Source: an uncultured virus (IMG/VR IMGVR_UViG_3300002835_000011)
Taxonomy: Duplodnaviria > Heunggongvirae > Uroviricota > Caudoviricetes
Virus record (IMG/VR): IMGVR_UViG_3300002835_000011
Reading direction: 5' to 3' (one strand)
Length of the DNA stretch: 55,419 nucleotides
The translations under genes were made by a program, and so were the position numbers. Of the stretch, positions 9,840-18,091 are shown piece after piece (the stretch's first letter is position 1; the number at the start of each line of letters is the position of its first letter). A model generated the notes under the pieces. The model saw only the letters and a list, made by a program, of their open reading frames with translations. It did not search any database and was not told the origin of the DNA.

Positions 9840-10283
9840 CTATTTCAGAGTTAATAGATATTTAAGCTTAGAAACTGCAGCTATTAATTCATCAACAAGA
9901 TTTTGTAGATCAGACTCCTTTAATAATTCTCTCAAGCTATTTAGACACTCAAGCATTGAATTAAGCCATGAATCGGGTTCAACATTTTTAAAGCTTATAA
10001 ATTCACAAGAGCATCCAAAATCAATTCTTCCGTGATAACCTTGATAAGATTCAACTAATTCATCTAATCCATCCTCTATAGAATCATAGGCTTTCATATA
10101 TGATTTATGTTCTGCATAAGATTCTGTACCCCAGTGCATTATTTTAAGTTGAGCTTGGAATAATAATAGATTTACAAAGTGATCATCTACATCAGATGCA
10201 CCTATTGATTTAATTTTTCTTGCGGTCATATCTAGATCCATCTCTAGTTCTGTTCCTTTTTCTTTGAATTCGTCGAAGGTCAT
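9840..10283 (-). CDS. Ferritin/Dps-like four-helix-bundle protein (DUF5856-like)
   Basis: MHWGTESYAEHK, DELVESYQG and C-terminal KLKYLLTLK resemble phage Dps-like proteins; starts MTFDEFKE. Confidence 0.7.
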   Translation of the reverse strand: MTFDEFKEKGTELEMDLDMTARKIKSIGASDVDDHFVNLLLFQAQLKIMHWGTESYAEHKSYMKAYDSIEDGLDELVESYQGYHGRIDFGCSCEFISFKNVEPDSWLNSMLECLNSLRELLKESDLQNLVDELIAAVSKLKYLLTLK

Positions 10284-10295
10284 TTCTTTATTTAT

Positions 10296-11165
10296 TTAAA
10301 ATCCTAAGTCCCCTAGATCTGCTGCAGTGTCAATATCAGGTAGAAGATCTTTTATTTTGTTATATATCCCTATATTCGATTTTCTTAAATCGTCTGCAGT
10401 TTTAAATGATTCCTTGTTCATATCAAAATATTTCACAACGTAATCTGCCATTAAATCTGGCAATTTTATAGTTTTAAAATATTCCATATTATGATGCGAG
10501 AATATTTTTAATAAGCTCAATACCTTTTCACCAACTATTTGATCTCTATCAGATCCTTCAGGATAGAGAGAAATAAATTTATAGAAACTTGAATCAATAT
10601 AATTAGTAACAGTTTTATCTATTCCAAGATTTCCGATCTCAACTGGATTCTTACTATACTTATAAATGTAATCTAGATATTTTAGCTTTTGTATATTTTG
10701 TAAATTTCCAGGAAGGAATATATCACCAGCCGCATTGTTTATTGATTTATCAACAGCTGATATGAAAGCTTTTTTTGTTTCTAAGCTGATCGATTTATTA
10801 GAGCTAATTCTTCTTATCTCCTCAACAAGGAAGTTTTTGATAAACCAATTTAAACTCTTAAATCCTAGAGATGAATCATTCTCTATTTCTTTATCAAAAT
10901 CAAAAGAAGATTTAAATCCATTCGGATATGGCAAGTTAGATTGTGAGTTTATGTAGTCAATAGATGACTGTGGTAATTCCATCTCTAGTATAATTACACT
11001 ATAAGCTTTGAAAATACACCATCTTACGAAATCATGATCCTCGTTATATTCAGCCATTCCCTTAAAAGCAAATTCTATATGCTCATCATAATTCTTCTTG
11101 ATTTTAAGATCAGTATAGTTGAATCCAACACTTTCAAAAAGGCTAAATTTTAGTAGATTTTTCAT
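10296..11165 (-). CDS. Hypothetical tagged protein
   Basis: 289 aa; starts MKNLLKFSLFES; ends AADLGDLGF. Confidence 0.75.
   Translation of the reverse strand: MKNLLKFSLFESVGFNYTDLKIKKNYDEHIEFAFKGMAEYNEDHDFVRWCIFKAYSVIILEMELPQSSIDYINSQSNLPYPNGFKSSFDFDKEIENDSSLGFKSLNWFIKNFLVEEIRRISSNKSISLETKKAFISAVDKSINNAAGDIFLPGNLQNIQKLKYLDYIYKYSKNPVEIGNLGIDKTVTNYIDSSFYKFISLYPEGSDRDQIVGEKVLSLLKIFSHHNMEYFKTIKLPDLMADYVVKYFDMNKESFKTADDLRKSNIGIYNKIKDLLPDIDTAADLGDLGF
10361..10368 (-). promoter_or_regulatory. GATATATA putative late promoter inside the upstream gene
   Basis: Exact motif 77 nt upstream of ATG 10283. Confidence 0.4.
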
Positions 11166-11166
11166 T

Positions 11167-12102
11167 CTATTTAGTAGATTTTATAGATGCAACAGGTGCA
11201 AAAAGTATTTTACCAAATGATGGTGGATTATACATTTCAGGAGAACATATAAACCACAAAACTTTTTTCCTGTATTTATTTATTCCATATTTATTAGGGT
11301 CAGGCATTTCCCCTCCAGTATCGGTTAGGTAAATGAAAGCTGAAGGCTTTATCTTATTTTTCTCAACCCATTGGAATGGCGGTATAAATCCCTCCTCATT
11401 ACCACCTGTAGATGCGATCTTTGTTAAATCTGGGACTCCTCCTTTTTTTACTATATCAACGTTATCTATAGAATCGCTACAGTATATTATTATTGTCCTA
11501 TCAGCATCAAATGTTTTAGTAAGATACATTATCTCGTTGATAAACGTCTTTATTTGTTCCCTAGATATAGAACCAGATGTATCTACTGCAGCAACTATTG
11601 TTTTTAGAGTATCGTCGCCTATATTTTTTCTTCCATAAAGCATGTCTCCACCAGCAAGAAATCTTTTATTAGGTAGAACCCATTCGTCAGACTTGAAGGT
11701 ATTATCAAAGAACTTTTTAAGCTCCTTTTTCCAGTCAACTAGGGGTTCACTCGTTTTTAGAGATCTTATAAGCTTTCTAGCTTTATCACTAACACTGTTT
11801 CTGGACATTGCCTGATTTGTTATGTCCTGCCAATTTTTCTTTGGAAGATTTCCCTTAAAAACCTTACTTGGCTTATCCGGTTTTACTTCCTTTGCTTTAC
11901 TAGACGTAGACTTTTTATCCGAATCAAAATCTCTAAATGTTTTTATTCCTGGCTTTTCATCACCTACTTTTGGAATATCATCCATTTTTTCAGGCTTATC
12001 TGAAAAAATTACCTCCCCTCCAGATCCTGGTTTTCCGTTCTTGCGTTCATTTTTCCCGCTCTTATCTGGTACTACTGAATAATCGCCTTTTTTTACAAAC
12101 AT
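11167..12102 (-). CDS. VWA-like domain protein (DUF2201 C-terminal type), triad 1
   Basis: MIDAS AVDTSGS, GGNE and IYLTDT motifs; VDWKKEL...PNKRF linker typical of DUF2201. Confidence 0.8.
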   Translation of the reverse strand: MFVKKGDYSVVPDKSGKNERKNGKPGSGGEVIFSDKPEKMDDIPKVGDEKPGIKTFRDFDSDKKSTSSKAKEVKPDKPSKVFKGNLPKKNWQDITNQAMSRNSVSDKARKLIRSLKTSEPLVDWKKELKKFFDNTFKSDEWVLPNKRFLAGGDMLYGRKNIGDDTLKTIVAAVDTSGSISREQIKTFINEIMYLTKTFDADRTIIIYCSDSIDNVDIVKKGGVPDLTKIASTGGNEEGFIPPFQWVEKNKIKPSAFIYLTDTGGEMPDPNKYGINKYRKKVLWFICSPEMYNPPSFGKILFAPVASIKSTK

Positions 12103-12104
12103 AT

Positions 12105-13151
12105 TTAAGAAATTTCTATATCTCCGTTAGGATAAACCTTGGTAATAGTTCCTTCCCTTCCGTCTTTTGTTATTACTTTCTGTCCAATCCTAGGTAGATT
12201 TTTTCTCTCACCATCTCCTGGTTCGCCTTCACCATCTCCTTCACCATCTCCTTCTCCTGGTTCGCCTTCGCCTTCGCCTGGTTCACCTTCACCTTCACCT
12301 TCACCTTCACCTTCACCTGGCTCGCCTTCACCTTCACCTGGCTCGCCTTCACCTTCACCTGGTTCGCCTTCACCTTCGCCTTCACCTGGCTCACCATCTC
12401 CTTCTCCTGGTTCGCCTTCGCCTTCGCCTGGTTCACCTTCACCTTCGTCTTCACCATCTCCGGGATCGCCATCCTCTTGATCTCCAGGTTCGTCTCCATC
12501 CATAACATCATCATCACCTTCCTGTACTATGAGATCTTCGTCTGGCTCAGGAGTAGGCATTTCCTCATCTTCAACTAAACCGCTGTTAATTGCAGATTTT
12601 ATTTTAGAACTTGCAATTAGTCGAGGGAGTTCTCCATTTTCTTCCAGATAATCATATATGTCTTCGGCTTTCATTCCCTCGAACCTTCCATCATATAATA
12701 ATTCTCTAGATCCGTCATCATTAATAGGCGGTTCAAATCCAGGCTCATCCTTAAGAAGTGAATTGATAGCATAATCACATGCTATATTCCATCCAATTAG
12801 ATCTCTACCCATTCTTCTGTTAGCATGATCTCCTATACAATGTAATATTTCGTGACAAAGGATAAATCTTAAGGAGGCATCAGATTGCCTCATTATAAAA
12901 TCGGGATGAAACATTATGTCCCTTCCGTTTGTTTTTACTGTGTTCGGTAAAAGATCATATGAGCCGAATATATTAACGTGACTAATAAGTTCCGCATAAA
13001 ATCCTTGGTTGATGTTTATCCAAAGAATTGCTCTTTTTATTCTTCTGTTTACCTCGTTAGGATCTTGAGCAGACTCGTTAACAAAGTTTACATAATTAGA
13101 GAAAGAAGTTATTATCTTTCCGCTCTTATATTTATTTTCGTTTATTCTCAT
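12105..13151 (-). CDS. Putative HEXXH metallopeptidase (DUF2201 N-terminal type) with acidic repeat linker and C-terminal SH3/KOW-like module, triad 1
   Basis: TNGRDI, LCHEILHC, WNIACDYAIN; GE repeats; C-terminal PRIGQKVITKDGREGTITKV; tag FVNES. Confidence 0.8.
   Translation of the reverse strand: MRINENKYKSGKIITSFSNYVNFVNESAQDPNEVNRRIKRAILWININQGFYAELISHVNIFGSYDLLPNTVKTNGRDIMFHPDFIMRQSDASLRFILCHEILHCIGDHANRRMGRDLIGWNIACDYAINSLLKDEPGFEPPINDDGSRELLYDGRFEGMKAEDIYDYLEENGELPRLIASSKIKSAINSGLVEDEEMPTPEPDEDLIVQEGDDDVMDGDEPGDQEDGDPGDGEDEGEGEPGEGEGEPGEGDGEPGEGEGEGEPGEGEGEPGEGEGEPGEGEGEGEGEGEPGEGEGEPGEGDGEGDGEGEPGDGERKNLPRIGQKVITKDGREGTITKVYPNGDIEIS
12211..12500 (-). repeat. Coding tandem repeat (GE)n-P, including an exact 56-nt duplication
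   Basis: CCTTCA/CCTTCG/CCTGG units; 12241-12296 is identical to 12391-12446. Confidence 0.9.
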
Positions 13152-14656
13152 TATCCTTGTAGGCCTTTAGATTTAGCACCGCTAGTAACCAGTAGAGCAG
13201 CTTTGTGTTTTAATTCATCATCTGGTGTATCTGATTTACCACCAAATCTAAATTCTGGATAAGTTGAAAGGATGTCCTTATAAAGCCAGCTTAACGGTTC
13301 TAACTGATCATATCTGTTGAAATAAGTCATTATGTTATAAAGCTTCTGTGGATCGTACCCTTTTATTTTTTTCAAAACAGACTCCATTATCCCATATAAT
13401 ACACTCTTTCTAGATTGCGCATCAGGTATTATTATTGCAGACATAGGATTATTAATTATGTCATTAATATCAGATTCAGATACTTTTCTAAGTATCTCTA
13501 GGAAAGCGATAAACTTACCTGCTGCTTCTGGCCCTACTTGATCATAAAATATATTCATTATGTCGTCTTTAGGAATATCTCTCCAAGAATCAGCCCCTTT
13601 ATATTTAATCTCGTCGTTGAGTATTAGTGCTCCATCCGTCCAAGATCTAGGTGTTGGATAGTTGAGAGATTTTTTATCAGCATCTAGATTGTGGAATAGT
13701 AAAGGATTATCATTTAAGAATAAAACTAATTCCGGTAGTATTTTTTCATTCTTATTCGCCCAATTTCCGAATGATTCTATAGTAGGAACATAGTTTTTGA
13801 TGGTAAATCTATCAGCCAATGCAAAATCAAAATCTGCTACACCCTCAGCTTCTTCTGGTCTATTACCTGCTGCTACGATTACCCATCTATCCGGTAATTT
13901 ATAAGGACCTATTTCTCCTTTTTGAACGAACTGCATAATTGAATTAAGAACTGCTTTATTAGCTCTGTTCATTTCGTCCATAAATATAATACCTCCTCTA
14001 TCATCTTTTCCATTATCAGTAGGAAGAAGTATAGGAGGATTAGATCTTGTAAATCCTTTACCAACACTTACCAATTTACCGCCTTCGACTTGAACAGGCT
14101 CTACGTCATGCTTACTAGGGATACCTAAGAAATCCTCAGGGTTCATAAACTGAAGATCTAATTTCATTACTGGAACTCCAAGCTCGTCTGCTGCTTGACC
14201 TACAATTTCCGTTTTACCGATACCAGGAGCACCGTAAATAAAAATAGGCTTGGCTCTACCACCGCTTTCTTTGCTCTTATAAAGTCTAATAACATCCTCC
14301 CTTAATTGTTCTGCGGAGATGTTTCTTACGCTCTGATCTTCTCCTGTATATTCCAATGGGATTCTAGCTTCTTTTAGAGGATTCACACCCTTTTCAAATT
14401 CAGCCATTTGTTTGTATATAGATCCATTCTCTGGAAGGAAGAGCATGACTGTTGGAAGTCCTTTTTTAGGACCATATGGAATAGGTTCTATTAATCCTTT
14501 TGCTAAGCTTTTCAAGAATCTTCCTGTCCAGCCAAAGAATTTCATAGCATACTCTTTTATTTTAGAAAGGAATCCTTCGTCTAATCTTACATTATTGTAA
14601 GACGGAAGATATGATTCATTAACAAATTCTGAGAAGTTTTTTATTCTTTTAGACAT
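13151..14656 (-). CDS. MoxR-like AAA+ ATPase, triad 1
   Basis: Walker A GAPGIGKT, Walker B IFMDEMNR, VAAGNR, ALADRF, PTPRSW; tag MSKRIKNFSEFVNES. Confidence 0.85.
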   Translation of the reverse strand: MSKRIKNFSEFVNESYLPSYNNVRLDEGFLSKIKEYAMKFFGWTGRFLKSLAKGLIEPIPYGPKKGLPTVMLFLPENGSIYKQMAEFEKGVNPLKEARIPLEYTGEDQSVRNISAEQLREDVIRLYKSKESGGRAKPIFIYGAPGIGKTEIVGQAADELGVPVMKLDLQFMNPEDFLGIPSKHDVEPVQVEGGKLVSVGKGFTRSNPPILLPTDNGKDDRGGIIFMDEMNRANKAVLNSIMQFVQKGEIGPYKLPDRWVIVAAGNRPEEAEGVADFDFALADRFTIKNYVPTIESFGNWANKNEKILPELVLFLNDNPLLFHNLDADKKSLNYPTPRSWTDGALILNDEIKYKGADSWRDIPKDDIMNIFYDQVGPEAAGKFIAFLEILRKVSESDINDIINNPMSAIIIPDAQSRKSVLYGIMESVLKKIKGYDPQKLYNIMTYFNRYDQLEPLSWLYKDILSTYPEFRFGGKSDTPDDELKHKAALLVTSGAKSKGLQG

Positions 14657-14676
14657 TACATTTTTTTTAGATACCT

Positions 14677-14684
14677 TATATATC
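14677..14684 (-). promoter_or_regulatory. GATATATA putative late promoter
   Basis: Exact motif 20 nt upstream of the AAA ATPase start. Confidence 0.65.
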
Positions 14685-14694
14685 CAAAAAAGAA

Positions 14695-15864
14695 TTAATA
14701 CAATGCTCTAACTAATAAAAGATTGGGGGAGAGAGGTGTATACCCCATAGCTTCAATAAATCTATTTATTGGATCAAGGATAACCCTATTGAATTGTTCG
14801 TCAAAATCAACTGGTGGCGCAAACTCATAAGGATAAGACCCGTTTAGATATCCGAAAACATTATTATCTCTTTCACTATTAACTTTCACGTAATAGAACT
14901 TTATCTTTTCGGAAGATCTTATCAAACTATATTTGACTTTGTGTTTAGAGTTGTTTAGAATATAGTTGTGGTATCCTGCCGCTCTAACGTGCATAGGACA
15001 GCCTTTTGCTACCTCAAATTTAGTAGTGTCATTCACTATAAATTTTTCTATATTATTAACCGAAGTACCGATTGATATTTGATCTGGAGTCTGTACTTTA
15101 AATTCATTTTTAATGTCCTTAAGGATCTTTACGAACTCCCTTATATCAAAGTTCTTACCCTTCTCAAATATGTGTCTTAAAAGGAATGTTAGCTTCTCCC
15201 TAGCAAAAGGAGCAGTACCTCCTTGTGCTAATTCAATACCAGTGGATTTAATTTTAGAAAGCTTAGGAAATAGATCCTTATTGGGATCTTGCCAAGCTAT
15301 GTGCAATACGTATTTTTTCTTACCCAGAAATATACCAGCATACGATAAACTCTCTAGCTCAAAATCTTGGTAATTATCGGTATTCCATTTTTTAGAATAG
15401 ATGTCATAGCACTTCTTGATGTATTCTTTTAATCTGTGCTCATTTAGTCTGCTTACAAACTCGAATGGTTCATAATCAAACTCACAAGAATCCATAACTG
15501 CACCCAGATTAATGTAGTTGGAATCTGTATCCCCATAGATTATAAAATCCATGTTAAGCTTCCTTACATTACGAACCTCCATTTTTTCATGAAGTTCTGT
15601 ATCAAGATGCCACATGTCATTAAAATATCTATTGACTATCTTTTCTGCAAATTTCCAAATGTCCTGGCCTTGAAGAGTAACACTCTCAGCTACATCAGGA
15701 TTAAAGAGTGCAAAATATTGGTTTCCAGTCGCTCCGTATATACTGTTAAGAGTTAGCTTAATCCCTTGTTCAGTATTATAAAAATCTGAGGACTTCTTTT
15801 GATACTCCTGTAGTTTTTTATTGAGCTCTTCCAAGCTCATTGACATGTAATCTATTTCCGACAT
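14695..15864 (-). CDS. Family B DNA polymerase, C-terminal subunit (second fingers helix, palm, thumb)
   Basis: Motif B KLTLNSIYG, motif C YGDTDS, KKKY and KSTGIE; lacks the exonuclease domain and motif A. Confidence 0.9.
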   Translation of the reverse strand: MSEIDYMSMSLEELNKKLQEYQKKSSDFYNTEQGIKLTLNSIYGATGNQYFALFNPDVAESVTLQGQDIWKFAEKIVNRYFNDMWHLDTELHEKMEVRNVRKLNMDFIIYGDTDSNYINLGAVMDSCEFDYEPFEFVSRLNEHRLKEYIKKCYDIYSKKWNTDNYQDFELESLSYAGIFLGKKKYVLHIAWQDPNKDLFPKLSKIKSTGIELAQGGTAPFAREKLTFLLRHIFEKGKNFDIREFVKILKDIKNEFKVQTPDQISIGTSVNNIEKFIVNDTTKFEVAKGCPMHVRAAGYHNYILNNSKHKVKYSLIRSSEKIKFYYVKVNSERDNNVFGYLNGSYPYEFAPPVDFDEQFNRVILDPINRFIEAMGYTPLSPNLLLVRALY

Positions 15865-15865
15865 A

Positions 15866-16633
15866 TTATACCTCTACTAAACCTATTGCTATCATTGAAT
15901 CTGATTCCGTAGATTTAACTAGTATACGGTTATCGTGGAAATGTATCTCTGAATTTTCTTGATCTATATAAGAAAATTGGTTCTTGTAGATAGTATAAAC
16001 GCTTGATTCTGAAAACCCGTTAGGCTTTCTTCCTTTTATGAGGTTGTATTGGAAAGAATTACCCCTAATTACAACTCCATTTTCCTCTATATCAAAATTC
16101 AGAAGCTCCTCTGAATTGGATTCTATTCCAGTTAACGAAGAAACCTTCTGGAAATTCTCCTTTGTTATTTCAAAATTTACTTCAGATCCTTCAGTTGAGT
16201 GTATTTGTCTTTGTATGTTATCATCTATGTAAGCTAATAAACTAATATCTGCGCATTTAACAAATATATTAAGGGAAGATGATGAGAACTTTAATCCTGT
16301 AGCTATTAAATCTGATTCATAAGGCTGAGCATCCACCGTTAAATTTAGTTCCTCCTCCGGTCCAAAGTATTTAAATACATCGATAAGCTTGCTTATTTCT
16401 AAAACACCTATCTTTAATCTATTCGGGGGAAATTCTCCTTCGAGAATATCTGTGATATCCACACTTACATACTTGATTACAGACTTGTCTGGAGTTCTAA
16501 CTTTAGCAAATAGATTATTTCCTTCAATTTCAAGAGGAACACTCTTGTCTACTAATTTTAACTTCTTTAAAAAAGATATAAAATTAGACGGATTAGTGAT
16601 TCTAAAATTCCAATTTTGTTGTTTCTTACTCAT
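15866..16633 (-). CDS. Probable DNA polymerase sliding clamp (gp45/PCNA-like)
   Basis: 255 aa with a two-domain alternating alpha/beta pattern; directly upstream of the polymerase subunit. Confidence 0.55.
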   Translation of the reverse strand: MSKKQQNWNFRITNPSNFISFLKKLKLVDKSVPLEIEGNNLFAKVRTPDKSVIKYVSVDITDILEGEFPPNRLKIGVLEISKLIDVFKYFGPEEELNLTVDAQPYESDLIATGLKFSSSSLNIFVKCADISLLAYIDDNIQRQIHSTEGSEVNFEITKENFQKVSSLTGIESNSEELLNFDIEENGVVIRGNSFQYNLIKGRKPNGFSESSVYTIYKNQFSYIDQENSEIHFHDNRILVKSTESDSMIAIGLVEV

Positions 16634-18041
16634 TTTCTAAATTTAATTCATTTTCTTGTTCTACCTCTTCTATTAATTCTTCTTCCGGATCAAATATTCT
16701 TATTCCATTATGGAATTCTTCTCTAACATCTCCTAATAGGGAAGTGGTTCTTGATGTTGTTTTCTTAGAAAGCAGTTTGTTTTCCTTTTCAACAGCCTTA
16801 ACCTTATCCCTCTGAGCTTTAATTTCTGAGTTCTTATTCTTTATATCGACTTTTATCGAATTAATTTCTTCTTTCGTCTTAATTATTTCCTCTTTTGTTA
16901 GCTTTACAAGCGATATAGACTCTAGTCTTCTTGCTATTTCTCTCTTGTACCCGCTTAAAAAATTGTTAACCTCGGATGCTTCCCTCTTTTTCTCCTGCAT
17001 AAATATAAGGAATTTAAGTTTAGCTTCTAAAAATTCCAATTCGTCATTTAAATAGAGTAGATCCCTCTCATATCTCTTTAATATAGTTTTTTCCCTATGT
17101 ACTACAAAGTCGTTTAAGTAGTCTTCAACTGAATCATATTCTAAAACAGATCCATCGCGAACAAAAACTATATTTTCAGTGACTATCTGTTTTGTCTCCT
17201 TAGATAAAATGCCCGCCATTTCTTTAAACTCCTGGTCAGTACATCTAAACTTTATTGATATCTTTACTTCATCAGTCGAGAAGTTATCCATCTTATAGTT
17301 TAATCCCTTCCTTTCTAGTATGGTGTTAAGCCTAATAAAAAAAGACTCGTATCTTTGGAGAGGTGAAATTGAATTAATCTTAAATGTTCTTGATGTTAAA
17401 TCTGATTCTATATCACCTTCTATAAGCCATGACGATTTAATCGTATCCATCCTAGATATCTTACCTTTAAATCCTCTAAAATAAGGTTTAAGTTTCTTTG
17501 ATTTATTTCCTTCGAGGTAAGCAACTACGTCTTCGGGTTTTCGTGGAAGTATATTGGACTTATACCCAACCGCAATACCAACTACATGTGTTGAAAGCCC
17601 AACTGGGTAATCGACGTGGATCCAATCGAAGCCACCTTCCTCGTTAGGGACATTAAGATCCTTGTATTTTTCTATAATGTCCTTGTATTTGCTCGATATT
17701 TTAACCTGAGTGTATCTTGGGGCGGAAGGCATAGGATTAACCGGACTTCCAAAAAATCCATCCCCTAATAATATCTGTTCCGAACACGAGAACGGTCTTG
17801 CTAGCTTAGAAATAGCCTGAGCCATCGATGAGTCACCGTGATGGTATAAACCAGTACTAAAAACCTCACCAATAACACCAACGGTTTTCTTAAAGATACT
17901 CGGTGAATTCTGTAGGATTAATCTTTGTACAGGTGTTAGTGCGTCGTAAAAATTAGGAATACCTCTACTTTGTATTACGTAAAGTGCATACTTCCTATAG
18001 TCCCTATTTATTTGTTCAGATATTGTTATTCTGCTTTCCAC
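16626..18041 (-). CDS. Type II DNA topoisomerase, breakage-reunion subunit (gp52/GyrA-like)
   Basis: DALTPVQR, YHHGDSS, SAPRYT catalytic Tyr, GIAVGY; GTG start. Confidence 0.9.
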   Translation of the reverse strand: MESRITISEQINRDYRKYALYVIQSRGIPNFYDALTPVQRLILQNSPSIFKKTVGVIGEVFSTGLYHHGDSSMAQAISKLARPFSCSEQILLGDGFFGSPVNPMPSAPRYTQVKISSKYKDIIEKYKDLNVPNEEGGFDWIHVDYPVGLSTHVVGIAVGYKSNILPRKPEDVVAYLEGNKSKKLKPYFRGFKGKISRMDTIKSSWLIEGDIESDLTSRTFKINSISPLQRYESFFIRLNTILERKGLNYKMDNFSTDEVKISIKFRCTDQEFKEMAGILSKETKQIVTENIVFVRDGSVLEYDSVEDYLNDFVVHREKTILKRYERDLLYLNDELEFLEAKLKFLIFMQEKKREASEVNNFLSGYKREIARRLESISLVKLTKEEIIKTKEEINSIKVDIKNKNSEIKAQRDKVKAVEKENKLLSKKTTSRTTSLLGDVREEFHNGIRIFDPEEELIEEVEQENELNLENE

Positions 18042-18061
18042 TAAAAATGTTTTATGTAAAC

Positions 18062-18090
18062 ATTTTACGGGAATGAGGGTGGAAAGTTTC
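18062..18090 (-). promoter_or_regulatory. GAAAC-N18-TAAAAT putative early/middle promoter
   Basis: Upstream of the topoisomerase-clamp-polymerase operon. Confidence 0.65.
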
Positions 18091-18091
18091 T

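Noticed and set aside
12095..12125. Programmed frameshift fusing peptidase and VWA
   Set aside because: No in-frame X XXY YYZ slippery site before the TAA; VWA has its own ATG 2 nt later; triad 2 is also split, with a 22-nt gap
12211..12500. Possible CRISPR array
   Set aside because: Repeats are contiguous codon-multiple units with no unique spacers and lie in frame within a gene
12139..12517. Ser/Pro-repeat ORF (12139..12480, plus) and Lys/Val-repeat ORF (12173..12517, minus)
   Set aside because: Alternative-frame shadows of the (GE)nP coding repeat in the peptidase gene
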